Positions 33,901-45,348 of a stretch of DNA of 64,000 bases are shown piece after piece. Origin of the DNA: Chrysemys picta bellii (Eukaryota); the NCBI RefSeq assembly GCF_011386835.1, contig NC_088802.1, positions 9,672,001 through 9,736,000 on the forward strand, in the 5' to 3' direction. The position numbers and the translations under genes are program-made. The stretch's first letter is position 1. Each line of letters starts with the position of its first letter. The notes under the pieces are model-generated. The model did not search any database, was not told the origin of the DNA, and worked only from the letters and a program-made list of their open reading frames with translations.

Positions 33901-36563
33901 GGTACGTCAACTTAAGTTACGTTACGTAAGTTAACTAGTTCAACTTCGATTGACTTACAGCACTAGTGTAGACCAGGCCTAAGTCAGTGATATTCAGACC
34001 TGAGTGATTCAGGAGGCAAATTAGCGATCAACATGACCCAAAAGACCCACAGTCGTGTGAATTCATTGTTTCATTTACTACAGGGGTCGGCGACCTTTCA
34101 GAAGTGCTGTGCCAACACTTCATTTATTCACTCTAATTTAAGGTTTCGCGTGCCAGCCATACATTTTAACGTTTTTAGAAGGTCTCTTTCTATAAGTCTA
34201 TAATTTAGAACTAAACTATTGTATGTAAAGTAAATAAGGTTTTAAAAATGTTTAAGAAGCTTCATTTAAAATTAAATTAAAATGCAGAGCCCCCGGACCG
34301 GTGGCCAGGACCCGGGTAGTGTGAGTGCCAGTGAAAATCAGCTCGTGTGCCGAGTTCGGCACGCGTGCCATAGGTTGCCTACCCCTGATTTACTACAATA
34401 TTATTCAGATTTAAATAGTAGGCCAGGGGAAAGATTTAGTTTGTATATCATTCTCATAGCAAATAAGTTAATAATTTGGTGCAAGTTAATAACTTACTTG
34501 GTTAATAAGATAATACAAAGCATTCTGATTGGTTAACAATTAAATCACACAGTGTTTTAAGATCATGTGCTGCAGGAAGACACATTAAAGAGCCATTTGT
34601 GGCTTGCCAGCTGCAGTTTGACTATCACTGGTCTAAATAGCCAAGGCAGATGGGGGAGGGGGGAGTTACTCGCCCAAGGTCACCGGCAGAGCTAGAACAA
34701 GAACCCAGGTGTCCTGAACACCAGTTTCAAACTTAAACTCTGCACCAGGCTGGGTCAAGTTGAGCAGGTGCTAACAAAAAACAGACCAAAGCTTGTGACT
34801 AAAAACAAACTCCCCTCTCAGTCGTTCAGGTTTCCCCTTCCTTATTACTGGTGACGTCATAACGCTGTTATGGGGCTTTCAAGGAAACAAAACAAAACAG
34901 GCACAATAAGACCTAAATGCAGAATGGGGCTAGTGGTGAGAAAGCTCCTTGTGAATAGGGGTGTGTGTGTGGTGGGGGAGACGATAGAGAAATAGGAGAG
35001 ACAGCAGCTACTGAGGCTGGTCGAGTACAGCTGGCTCCAAACTGGGAATCAGTTACTACCTGGTTCCTGGCCCAATTCAGCCCCTCTGGGTCCCATTCTC
35101 ATCCCCTGACCCAGCTTGTGGGTGAATTTATGCAGGGACAGAGCCCCCACAATATTTCCAGTGCACTGCACCCCTGTTTCACCACCCCATGCAGAGTAAT
35201 CCCATGCCTATGAAAAAAATGAGATTTAGATCCTTTATTGTGTGTAAAACCGTACTTTAAAAAATTCTTTGTATAGTCCCTTTAGCTATAGAGTTTGCTA
35301 TGCAAGATCTCTGTAATAATGCAGTGTTTCACCAGTGATTTCCGCTCTACTCCGCGCTGATTAGGTCTCAGCTGGAGTACTGAGTCCAGTTCTGGGTGCC
35401 ACATTTCAGGAAAGATGTGGACAAATTGGAGAAAGTCCAGAGAAGAGCAACAAAAATGATTAGAAGTCTAGAAAACATGACCTATGAGGGAAGATTGAAA
35501 AAACTGTGTTTATTTAGTCAGGAGAAAAGAAGACCGAGAGGGGACATAATAACAGTTTTTAAGTACATAAAAGGTTGTTATAAGGAGGAGGGAGAAAAAG
35601 TGTCCTCAACCTCTGAGGACAGCACAAGAAGCAATGGACTTAATTTGCAGCGAGGGAGGTTTAGGTTGGACATTAGGAAAAACTTCCTAACTGGTTAAAC
35701 ACTGGAATAAAATATCTAGGGAATTTGTGGAATCTCCGTCATTGGAGATTTTTAAGACCAGGTTAGACATACACGTGCTAGGGATGGTCTAGATTAGGGG
35801 TTCCCAAACTTGGTTCACAGCTTGTTCAGGGTAAGCCCCTGGTGGGCCGTGAGATGCTTTGTTTACCTGAGCGTCCGGAGGTACGGCCACTCTCAGCTCC
35901 CACTGGTTGCGGTTCATTGTTCCCGGCCAATGGGAGCTGCGGGAAGTGAAGTGGTGGCCCAGCCTGCGAACGCTCAGGTAAACAAAGCGTCTCACGGCCC
36001 ACCAGGGGCTTACCCTGAACAAGCCGCGAACCAAGTTTGGGAACCCCTGGTCTAGATAATACCTAGTCCTGCCATGAGTGCAGGGGACTGGACTAGATGA
36101 CCTCTCGAGGTCCCTTCCAGTCCTACGATTCTATGGTTCCTACCTTGTACTCCTGGGCAGCCTCCTCGATGGGAACCACCGTGTGAGCTCGGTGCTCCTT
36201 GGATCTGTCACACACCACGCAGATGGGAGTTTGATCCTCCTCGCAGAAGAGTTTCAGAGTCTCCAGGTGTTTCTCACACACCCTCTCCCCTCGGGGCTCT
36301 TTGAACAGCCGCAGGCTGAGCTGTTTGGCCACCTCTGCCACGTTGGCCAGCTGCCTGTTTGGCTTGAGGTTTCTCCGGAGAAAGCTGCCCCTGCAGCAAG
36401 GGCAGGAGAGGTTTGTCTCCCATCCCCACAAGCACTGGGTGATGCAGGCTCGGCAGAAATTGTGCCCGCAGTCTATAATCATCACCGGGTCTTTAAAATA
36501 ATCCAGGCAGATGGAACAAGTAGCTTCCTCCTGGAGCGTTTTGGCTGGATTCGCAGCAGCCAT
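18943..36563 (-). CDS. Complete TRIM E3 ligase gene 2: RING, B-box, coiled-coil, B30.2/PRY-SPRY (TRIM7/27/39-like class), 484 aa
   Basis: Seven AG/GT-bounded exons: 36563-36144 ([19 protein letters not shown]...CGHNFC; B-box CEKH...C..C...H), 33328-33233 (96 nt), 30819-30589 (231 nt), 25206-25184 (23 nt), 23395-23274 (122 nt), 20125-20093 (33 nt) and 19472-18943 (B30.2). The total is 1455 nt in a single open frame. Confidence 0.95.
20929..21150. mobile_element. Tc1/mariner-type MITE
   Basis: TIRs TACAGGTCTGTC / GACAGACCTGTA with TA ends. Confidence 0.55.
23797..23972 (+). mobile_element. tRNA-derived SINE with a CR1 3' tail (tortoise Pol III SINE type)
   Basis: tRNA-like head GGGAGGGATAGCTCAGTGGTTTGAGCATTGGCCTGCTAAACCC...GAGTTCAATCC with A and B boxes, followed by the CR1 tail gatgacctttcaaggtcccttccagttct. 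Confidence 0.85.
25223..25490 (-). mobile_element. CR1 LINE 3' fragment immediately upstream of the 23-nt TRIM exon acceptor
   Basis: atagaatcatagaatcgtaggactggaagg... tail and CR1 body in reverse orientation. Confidence 0.75.
25743..26194. mobile_element. hAT-type MITE (CATAGG family) nested in an older element
   Basis: Perfect 8-bp TSD GCTGGTCT at 25735-25742 and 26195-26202. Confidence 0.8.
28290..28770 (-). mobile_element. CR1 LINE fragment
   Basis: ORF 28549-28773 ([25 protein letters not shown]) resembles the CR1 ORF2 C-terminus, followed by 3' UTR-like sequence. Confidence 0.7.
28835..29045 (+). mobile_element. MIR/CORE-like SINE remnant
   Basis: ctgccacaaacttcttgcgtgaccttgggcacgtccgttagcgtctctgggccccagcttccc resembles the MIR core. 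Similar remnants are near 4950 and 21750-21870. Confidence 0.5.
29153..29644. mobile_element. hAT-type MITE with internal GC-rich tandem repeats of roughly 45 bp
   Basis: TIRs CAGGGCCGGCTC / GAGCCGGCCCTG and a perfect TSD GCTACAAA. This element explains the stack of GC-rich ORFs at 29082-29749. Confidence 0.85.
35343..36135 (+). mobile_element. CR1 LINE 3' portion in TRIM gene 2 intron 1
   Basis: ORF 35396-35698 ([36 protein letters not shown]...FRLDIRKNF), with the tail tcctacgattctatg ending at 36135. Confidence 0.85.
35795..36049. mobile_element. Palindromic hAT MITE nested inside the CR1
   Basis: Long inverted arms and a perfect TSD GTCTAGAT at 35787-35794 and 36050-36057. Confidence 0.85.
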
Positions 36564-38752
36564 TGTACCCAGCAGCAGGGCAAAGGTGCACACAGAGTTG
36601 AGCTGCACTTATCTACTTCCTGAAGCTCAGGGATGGGTGGAGCTCTCATCAGCAATCAGCCCCCTTCCTGAAGTTGCAAGTTGTTTTGGCAGTTGTTGCA
36701 GCAGCAGCCACCCGGCCTGCTCAAGAGAACGGAGCCTACACGTCCGGTGCGTTTCCCAACTTCTGGCCAGCCTACACGTTTTGCTCGTGGTGGGACTGAT
36801 GGGTTCACGCCAGTTTGCACACACCTTGATATATGCTAGCACAGTGACACCCCAGGCGTGTTTTGGTTTGCCCCAGTGCAGGGGCTCTCAACCTTTTCAG
36901 ACGACTGGAGTCCGATTTGTCTTGGCTTCCCCCACGTTTCCCCTCACTCAAAACCGACTTCCTTACACAAGCAGACATAACAATACAAAAGTGCCACAGC
37001 ACGCTAGTCCTGAAAAAGGGCTGACTTTCTCATTGTTCTATCATGATAAAATAAATCCATTGGAATATAAATATTGTATTTATATGTTCAGTGTACAGTC
37101 TATAGAGCAGTATAAACAAGTCACTGTCCGTTTGAAATTTTAGTTTGTCCTGACTTCACTAGTGCTTTTTATGCAGCCTGTTGTAAAACTAGGCAAATAT
37201 CTAGATGAGATGATGTACCCCCTGGAAGATCTCCGTGTACCCCCGGCAGGACACATATCCCCGGTTGAGAACCCCTGCCCTAGTGTGGACTGCAAAGCAA
37301 CCTCACAGGCAAATATTTATGTCCTGGGAGTAATAGTACTGGTGTTGGTCGTGGGGCTTGAGGAGCGTCTGTCTAGATTATAATATTGCCAACCCCAAAG
37401 GTTGAAAAATCATGACTCAAACCCCCCCATCCTCCTGCAAAAATGTTGAGATTGGCCCCAAACCCATGAGATTAAAAAACTAAACAAAACAAAACAAAAC
37501 AAAAAAACGGTGGGTTTTTTTTTTCTTTGGTCTGTCTGATTTTTGAACTCCTTCCAGTATGTGTCAACTAATGTTGCCCCCTCTCCCAAATGTGTGACTT
37601 TGGTCTCTGCTGCAGGCAGTCCCCTCCCCATCTGAATATCCCCTGCCCAGCAGTTAACTCTCCCCCCCAATACCCAAATCAATCCTGTCCCCCCTCCCAG
37701 ATCTGTCTGTCACCCAACCCCCGCATCTGTCCTTCCCTGTTGTCTGCCCCCATCAGCTCCTACCTGAATTCTGCCCTCAGATCTGCTGTCACCCAGCTCC
37801 CTCCATCAGTTCTGACTCCACATCTGGCCCTCATACCCTATATCCCCTTTGCAGCTCCCGGGGTTCTGAGCCAGATGAGCAGGTGAAAGAAGTGGATTCT
37901 CAGATATTCTGATCGCCATATTTGGGCCGGGAAGGAATTTTCCTCCAGGGCAGACTGGCAGAGGCCCTGGGGGTTTTTTCGCCTTCCTCTGCAACGTGGG
38001 ACACGGGTCATTTGCTGGAAGATTCTCTGCACCTTGAAGTCTTTAAACCATGATTTGAGGAGTTCAATGGCTCAGACACAGGTTTGATACAGGAGTGGGT
38101 GGGTGAGATTCTGTGACCTGCGTTGTTCAGGAGGTCAGACTAGACAATCAATAATGGTCCCCTCTGACCTTAAAGTCTATGACTCTATGATTCATAAGTG
38201 GATTCTCAGCCCTGGTGGAGCAGCTGTAGTGGGGTCCCCGTTCCCAGGCTGCGTGTTGCAGGGATGGAAAGGGGGCGGGGGCAAAGCAGAGAAGCCATCC
38301 CATTGTTCATAGTAGGGGAAAGGAAGAAAAATGAGGGAATGGATTTGCCTTGAGCTGCTGGGTAGAGCTGGGCAAAAAATCAATTTTTGGTTCAGTGGCC
38401 AACCCAGAAAAGAAAAGAAAAGAAAAGAAAAGAAATTGTTGAGGGTTAACCTGAACTGACTGACTGCTTGGTTTTTTCCTCAGCAAATATTCCAAAGCCA
38501 TCTCATTTTAAATGACAATCTTCTTGAACTAAAAAAAAAAAAAAAAAATTCCAACCTGTGTTTGGCAGGCAAGGAGCTGGGAAAGGATTGACAGGCAATG
38601 AAGTGAATAATGGGACTAAACGTTTATTGCAAAATCAGGGATATTTCTGCTAGTTACAGAAAAGCAGGAAGGACAAATAGGACACACTCCGAACAGAAAT
38701 CCCCTCATTAACAGGCCTGGGACTGGGCTTTGTTTTATTCTGTGCATCTCAC

Positions 38753-38772
38753 GGGACTTTCCCATTGACTCA
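38753..38772. promoter_or_regulatory. Adjacent NF-kB and AP-1 consensus sites upstream of TRIM gene 2
   Basis: GGGACTTTCC at 38753-38762 and TGACTCA at 38766-38772, with ATTGG boxes near 38895 and 38908. This is a motif match only. Confidence 0.4.
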
Positions 38773-40822
38773 CTTCACATTTATTTCCTATTCCCGTTTG
38801 TAGGGACGCACAGCTCCCGAATCGCCAGTTCACGGGTGCGGCATACTGCGCCCATGGCTGCGAGGCCGGAGCAGCCTACACCCCAGTGCCTGCGATTGGG
38901 AAACTTATTGGCTGACCTGATCGTCACCCTCACTGCTCGCTTTCACGTGCACAAAATATGGGTTTGTTAGGTCATGTTGATGGGTATTGTATGCTCCTCC
39001 TATGCGCAAAAATTCAACCACTCATAAGTGTTGTAAACATAAAAGTAAAAAAATAAAAACCCCAGTAGAAAGTCCCTGAGAGGCTTTTTCGGCTACCAAG
39101 ACCTGGCGCTCTGTCTCCTTCCTTTTTCGTCGCCACACCCGTTATTGCTCGAGTAGTCCCCACCCGGGCCATTGGCTTGTTTGTTAACTTGAATAAAACA
39201 GGGATGGAGATGAGGAAGGACCAGCCCATGATGGGCCAGGAGCATCATTCTCAAATGCCTCATGTCTCGTTCCCTTTCTATCACAGAGCAGAGAGAAGAG
39301 ACCATGCGTATGTCTACACAGCAACCAGGCACCCGTGGCTGGCCCATGCCAGCCAACTTGGGCTTGCGGGGCTCAGGCTACGGTGCTGTCTAGACTTCCG
39401 GGCTCGGGCTGGAGTCTGAGCTCTGAGACCCTCCTGTCTTGTGCCTGGCCTCAAGCTGGAGCACGGACGTCTATACCGATATTTTTAGCTCTACAGCCAG
39501 AGCCCCAAGAGCATGAATCAGCTGATCTGCGCTCTGGACTCTCTGCCATGGGTTTTTTATTGCCGTGTAGACGTTCCCTATGCTGCTCGGAGAGTCTCTG
39601 CGGAAGCACGACCAGAGACTAGGGAGTGAGTCTCACTTCCTCAAAACTATTTAAGTGCCTAAGTCCCGCTGAGAATCTGGGCCTAGGAGGTTAGGAAGAG
39701 GACAAGACTAAGTTCTGAGTGAACTAGGGAGTCTTCCAGGCTCATCAAAGCTAAAAACGAAGGGTAGAGCTGCACTGCATTTTGGAGCCCATGGGAATGA
39801 GAGACTCAAGCTCATGGGGCTGGTGCTAACGCTCTGAACGGTGCAGTGCGGACGGAGCTTTGAAATTGTGGCTCAGGCTCTGAAGCCCTCCCCCTCCCCA
39901 GGCTTCAGACCTGAGCGGCAACTTCTATGCAGCACATTCTGGAGCCCTCACGCAAGCCCCGCTAGTCCGAGACTCTTGACCCGGGCTGGGATGACCCACA
40001 ATGGGGCATAGACATTCCTGGAGGGCTTGTCTCCATGCAACGCTGCACCTGTTTAACGAAAGCTGGGATTTAAGCCGCATGTAGCTAAACCCCTTCAAAC
40101 GCCTGCATGGACCCTCTTAAATCAAGACAAATGATCCTTTTAAAGTCAATTAGGAGCAAGTTTAAGCGAAAGCCAGTCTTGCCAACCCCCAGTGTTCAAA
40201 AATGATGAGTCAGGGCTCCTCAAAAATCAAGAGATTTAAAAAAAAAAAAAAATCGTTGTAGCACCTATACATGGATCAGGACCCTGTTGTACAAGGTGCT
40301 GTACAGACCCAGATTAGAAAATGACCCCTTGATGCAAAGAGCTTACAGTAATAAATGTGGGATATTTTAATTTGTTGGAGCCTTTAGGAGTCACATTTTC
40401 AATCTTTCCTCTGCAACTCGGAGGGCTGGAAATTTCTTCCAGGTATTGAATGAATCTTCTTATTCCGTTTGTGTTATGAATTGTTAATTAATTAATTACC
40501 ATCATTATTATATTAATGGATTGATTTAATAAGAGCTCAGATCCTGATGGAATCACAAGAAAAAAACCCACCAAATATCATGACACTCACAAGAAAACCA
40601 CATGCGCTGGCAATGCTTAAAATTGAGCCACGCTGCTCGTAAGCCAAATTAAGATCATCCAGACTGGTGTTTGCTCCAGGTTCAAATTAAATCAGACCCT
40701 GGTGCAAAGCCTGCATGTAGACAAGGCCGCAGAGGCTCGGGGGAGGCTGTGCAGGAAATGGCTAGAGAGAGGGGCACATTTCATGGGGGAGGGGGTCCCA
40801 TTGGGATGTTTCCCCCAGTGCC

Positions 40823-42391
40823 TCAAGAGATCAGTGTGAGGTGGACTCCTCCGCCCAAGTAGAAGAAAGGGAAAACTTTTTCCCCATTGAAGGAGGCCAA
40901 TATCATAGTCGTATGGTCATCTTCATAAAATGCCACCCAATCCCCTTCGTAATCCAGACAAACCCCGATCTTCCCAGGCCTCCCACTATGAGGTTGGGGG
41001 GTCTCAGAGGAGCCGAATGCCTCCCTCCGAAGCCACCAGCGCCCTTGAGACCAGATCCCATTCTCGGGGCTAAGAGTGAGCCATTCCTTTCTCTTCACGG
41101 ACTCTCTGGCGACCCCCACGGCCCACTCCCTCTGATCCCCAAACTCTACCTCCCAGTAATGTCTCCCTGAGGTGAACCCCTTGGAGCCCAGTACACAGGG
41201 AGCAAGATCAAATCTGTGGGGATTCTCAGGCAAGTCCTGTTGTGGTTTCTCTCCCGATCTCACAGATTTCCCATCGGCAGACACAATGAGCCAAGGGTTC
41301 GCGGTGTCAGGATCCAGAATCACATCCGCTGCGGGTGGGGAGAGAGAGAGAATCAGAGCGTTAGATCTGGCTGTGTACAGCACATGAGGTCAGAAAGATC
41401 TACAGATACTGGGCTTCTCTCCCATAGACCATCCCTGGCAGTGCTCCAAGTATCTAGAGCTGAGTGAGTTCCGTGGGCATCTGGCCAACATTGCCAGCAA
41501 CCAGTTTCATGCGTGCCTCATGTATCTAGGTTCAACAGCCACAGCATTTGGGGTGCTCACTACCTGCATCCCACCTGGGAGTGCCTGGGAACGGTCATCC
41601 TCCACGAATTGCTTTAGGAGACTCCTCAACCACCAGCGTACCTGGGAAAGGGCATCCGCTCCTGTAGCCCCTTAGTGGTGGGGCTGGTCAAAAGTCTTCC
41701 TTCCCCTGAAACTGTTCCAGTGGCAATTGTGGGGTTTGATGAAAGGAAAAGGTTCTGCTTTCCTTGATTTTTTTTTTTAAGTTGCTGTTTTTTCATTGAA
41801 AAACTAAACAACACACATCCGTGCAAAAAAACAGACCAAATTGATTATTTTTCCGTTGTTGGCCAAAACATCTTCCATTTTCACTCTCCCTTCACCTTCC
41901 CCCAGACCGAAAATGTTGCTTTCCAAGTTGGTGGTTGTTTGCTTGCTTTAAAGAAAGGTCACATTTTTCAGCGCGGGGGCAAATTTTCCAATCATCTCTA
42001 TTTAAAAGCATGGGGCTCTTCCCCTCTGCCCAAGGCCCCACCCCTCCTCTTCTGCCTCCCCTCACCTGCTGGAGCCCAGAGCGCGCACACACACACACCC
42101 CGCCAGCCCCAGTGCACCGGCTTCAGGGAGGAGCATGGGCCATGCAAGGCGGTTTGGGGAGGCACAGCCTTCCCCAGTTTATGCTATCCACCACCCATGC
42201 AAAAGCTTCCTCAGTCGCTGGAGTGCACCAGGAAGCTCATCAGCACCTCCAGTGGCTGTGAGAAAGCATCACACCGGGGAGTGTGTTAGGCTCAGGGTTA
42301 GGATGGATGGATTACCTTTGAATTTCTCCAGAAGCTCACTTCTCTGAGGGAAAGCCTCACGGATGAATTTTGGATCAGAAGGAAGAGTCAT
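40823..42391 (-). CDS. TRIM-derived locus 3: intact B30.2 exon, possibly a stand-alone B30.2 protein of about 193 aa
   Basis: Terminal exon 41328-40823 is open (ADVILDPDTANPWL...GRHYWEVEF...FPFF). The preceding exon 42418-42316 (SEGKFQ...LEKFK) contains an in-frame ATG at 42391, and joining 42391-42316 to the terminal exon is in frame. The start choice is inference. Confidence 0.55.
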
Positions 42392-45348
42392 CTCTGCCTG
42401 AAACTTCCCTTCTGACCGCTAGAGATAAAAAACCAACCAACCAACCAAACCCAGAGATTAATAATGCCTCTTCAGCTGATTGTTCAATCCTAACATATCA
42501 AAGGCTTTATCTTTTGCCTTTGCCTTGGTGTGCAAATGTGGCAGGGTTGGCGTAAGCTTGAGTGTGACGGGGGATGCCGTCAGGAGAGGAATTAGTAAGG
42601 GTGAGACAAGGGGTTGCAGAGGAAGATACAGGGAGGAACGTGAGCGTGGTCAAGTTCAGGCTGAATATTGGACAACGTCTAGATCATGAGACGGGAGAGT
42701 ATCAGGCTGTGGAATCATCTCCCAAGAGAACTGCCAGGATTGGGCGCTCCATCACTTTGGAGCAAACGTGGGCAAACTACGGCCCCTGAGCTTCCGGCCG
42801 GGGAGCCTAGTCCCCGGCCCCTCCCCTACTGTGCTCCCTTCCCCGCAGCCTCAGCGTGCCACGCCGCCAGCGCTCTGGCCCGCCGCTCCCGCTGGGCAGC
42901 GTGGGGAGCACAGCTGGCTCTGGCCGGGTGTGGCAGCTGCAAGCTCCTGCTGCTGGTAAGGGGTTGGGGGGGGTTGGGTAAGGGAGCAGGGGGTCCTGGG
43001 GAGCAGTCAGGAAGGAGGGGTGGTTGGATGGGGCAGAGGTTTTGAGGGGGCGGTCAGGGGAGGGGAACACGGAGGGTTGGGAGTGGGAGTCCTGAGGGGC
43101 CTGTCGGGGGGCCTGTCGGGGGGCAGGGATGTAGATAGGGGTCAGGAGGGCAGTCAGGGGACAGGGAGCAGGTGGGGTTGGATCCCAGAGGGCAGTTAGG
43201 GGCAGGGGGTCCCGGGAGGGGGTGGTCAGGGGACAAGGAGCAGAGGGTAGTTGGATAGGGGGGTGGGAGTCCCAGGGGGCTGTCAGGGGGTGGGAGTGTA
43301 GATGGGGTCAGGGCAGTCAGGGGACAGGGAGCAGGGGGGTTGGATAGGGGGTGGGGTCCCAGGAGGGGGCAGTTAGGGGACAAGGAGCAAGAGGGGTTGG
43401 ATGGGTCGGGAGTTCTGAGGGGGGCAGTCAGGGGGCGGGGAGTGGAAGGGGGCAGAGGCCAGGCTGTTTTGGGAGGCACAGCCTTCCCTACCCGGCCTTC
43501 CATACAGTTTCCTGTTCTGCCCCATTGTAACCCTGATGTGGCCCTCGGGCCAAAAAGTTTGCCCACCCCTGCTTTGGAATGTGGACACAAGACTGGACAA
43601 AAACCTAGAAAACTGGCTGCAGGGAGCAAATTTGCCTATGGGCGGCAGGAGAAACTTCCCCTGGGGGAGGCTAGCTCCCTGTCCCATCTCTTCCGCCCAC
43701 GGCCCTGCCCACATTCTACCCGGGCACTGCTCAACCCCCACCCCACCACTTGCAGTGTCCCTCCTCTCCTCCAGCCTCTCCCCCTGTGGAGGGGAGCAGC
43801 GGGCGGGGGGTCTTGTGGGGGAAGGGTGGAGGAAAGGAGGGACACGGCCGGGACCTTCAGAGAAGGGGTGGAGTGGAGGAGAGGAGGGATTCACCAGGCA
43901 GTGGTGGGGCCTTGGGGAAGGGGTGAAGCAGAGACATGGCTTAGTCTCTCCTGGTCTATTAGACCCACCACCTATGATCATGCCCTAGACATAGGCGCTG
44001 ACTCCGTGGGTGCTCCGTGGCTCCAATCAAAGATAGAGAGTTACCTTCCCGTTCCCCGCCCTGTCTCTCTATTTCACAACCTGGCATTTCAGGACAACAC
44101 GCCCTGCTACGGGCGGCAGGTATCGTAGGCAGGTGGAGGCTGCGCCTCCCCAAACAGCCTAGCATGGCCCCCGCCCATGCTCTGCCCCCAGGCCAGGCCC
44201 CCTCCTGCTGTTCTCAGTGCTCTGCCCTGGCCCAGGCTGGCTGGCCTGCCTCCCGCAGGGACTCAGAGTGGCTGGTGCGGGGGGCCATGCCTCCAGGAGA
44301 CGCTGCCGCTCGGCGCTCCAAGACTGGCCACTTGGCACACCAGGGCTGGAGTCTCATCCCCTGGCCGCCCGGCGCTGGGGCCAGGGGCAGTGGTGGGGAG
44401 CAAAAGGGAGTGGGAGGGGTGGCGGAAGGGGAGGAGCCTCGTGCACAAGGAGAGGGGCAGGGGGTTAGCCTCTCCCAATGGCTGGGTCACCAGCCACCCC
44501 TGCGCCCTGCACTTAGCAGAGGAAAATATTTTCTGTAGATTTCCATTAGTCCTAACTGCACTTAAGGGTTGGTATTTTTCAAGCCATGACCAGATGACTC
44601 TATTGAGTAGTCTCTGGAAAGTCAGATCCTCTCAATAGGAGGGTAGGTGGCACAAGAAGGGACTTCTTGAGACCAGCCAGGCTAGAAGAAAAACAAACCA
44701 CCCCAGCTTTCATTTGAATGGTGGAACCGATGCTCTTCACACAACACACACTGAAGTGGGCACGGTCCATACAGACATACAAAACTTGATTTCCAGAGGT
44801 GCTAACAACCCAGAGCTTCCACTGTCTTTATGTGCTGCTTCTTTAAGGCAGGGTTTTTTTTTTTCATTATTTACGTGAAAAAATATATTTTTTCATAGTT
44901 TTGAGCTGAACAAAAATCAGAATTTGCCAGTTTGGGGCGGATTTTTTTTTTTTTTTTTGGCAGTTTTGGGGAAAACTTTTTCAAGTGTTGGCACCTTTTG
45001 GCTGAATATTTTTTTCCTTTTTGTGTGCGTCTGACAACTGAAAAATAAATCAGGTTTTCATTTGCTTTTAAGTCAAAATTTTCTGTGGAGAAAACAAACA
45101 TCCCAATTTCCAGGCAGTTCTAGTATTCGACCCTCTTCCCAGAAAAGACAAAAATAAAGTTAACTCCTGTTAAAAAGCAGGAAACAGCATTCCTAGATTT
45201 CACAAACCCATCCTGAGCAGACGGATTGCAATCCCTGTTAGAGATGTACCAAACGTCTGCTCCGATCAGAGACCGTACAGCCGAGTCAAAGGACCCCTCA
45301 CAAAGCTGTAACAAGTTGACCAAACACACAGCCCGCCAGATCCCTTAC

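Noticed and set aside
38408-38435. (GAAAA)n and (CA)n microsatellites (also 48625-48663)
   Set aside because: These are ordinary simple repeats with no spacer structure. There is no CRISPR array or rRNA gene in this eukaryotic window.
41642-41705. Candidate small exon of TRIM locus 3
   Set aside because: At 64 nt it would break the frame between the flanking phase-1 junctions, and the polypyrimidine tract is weak.
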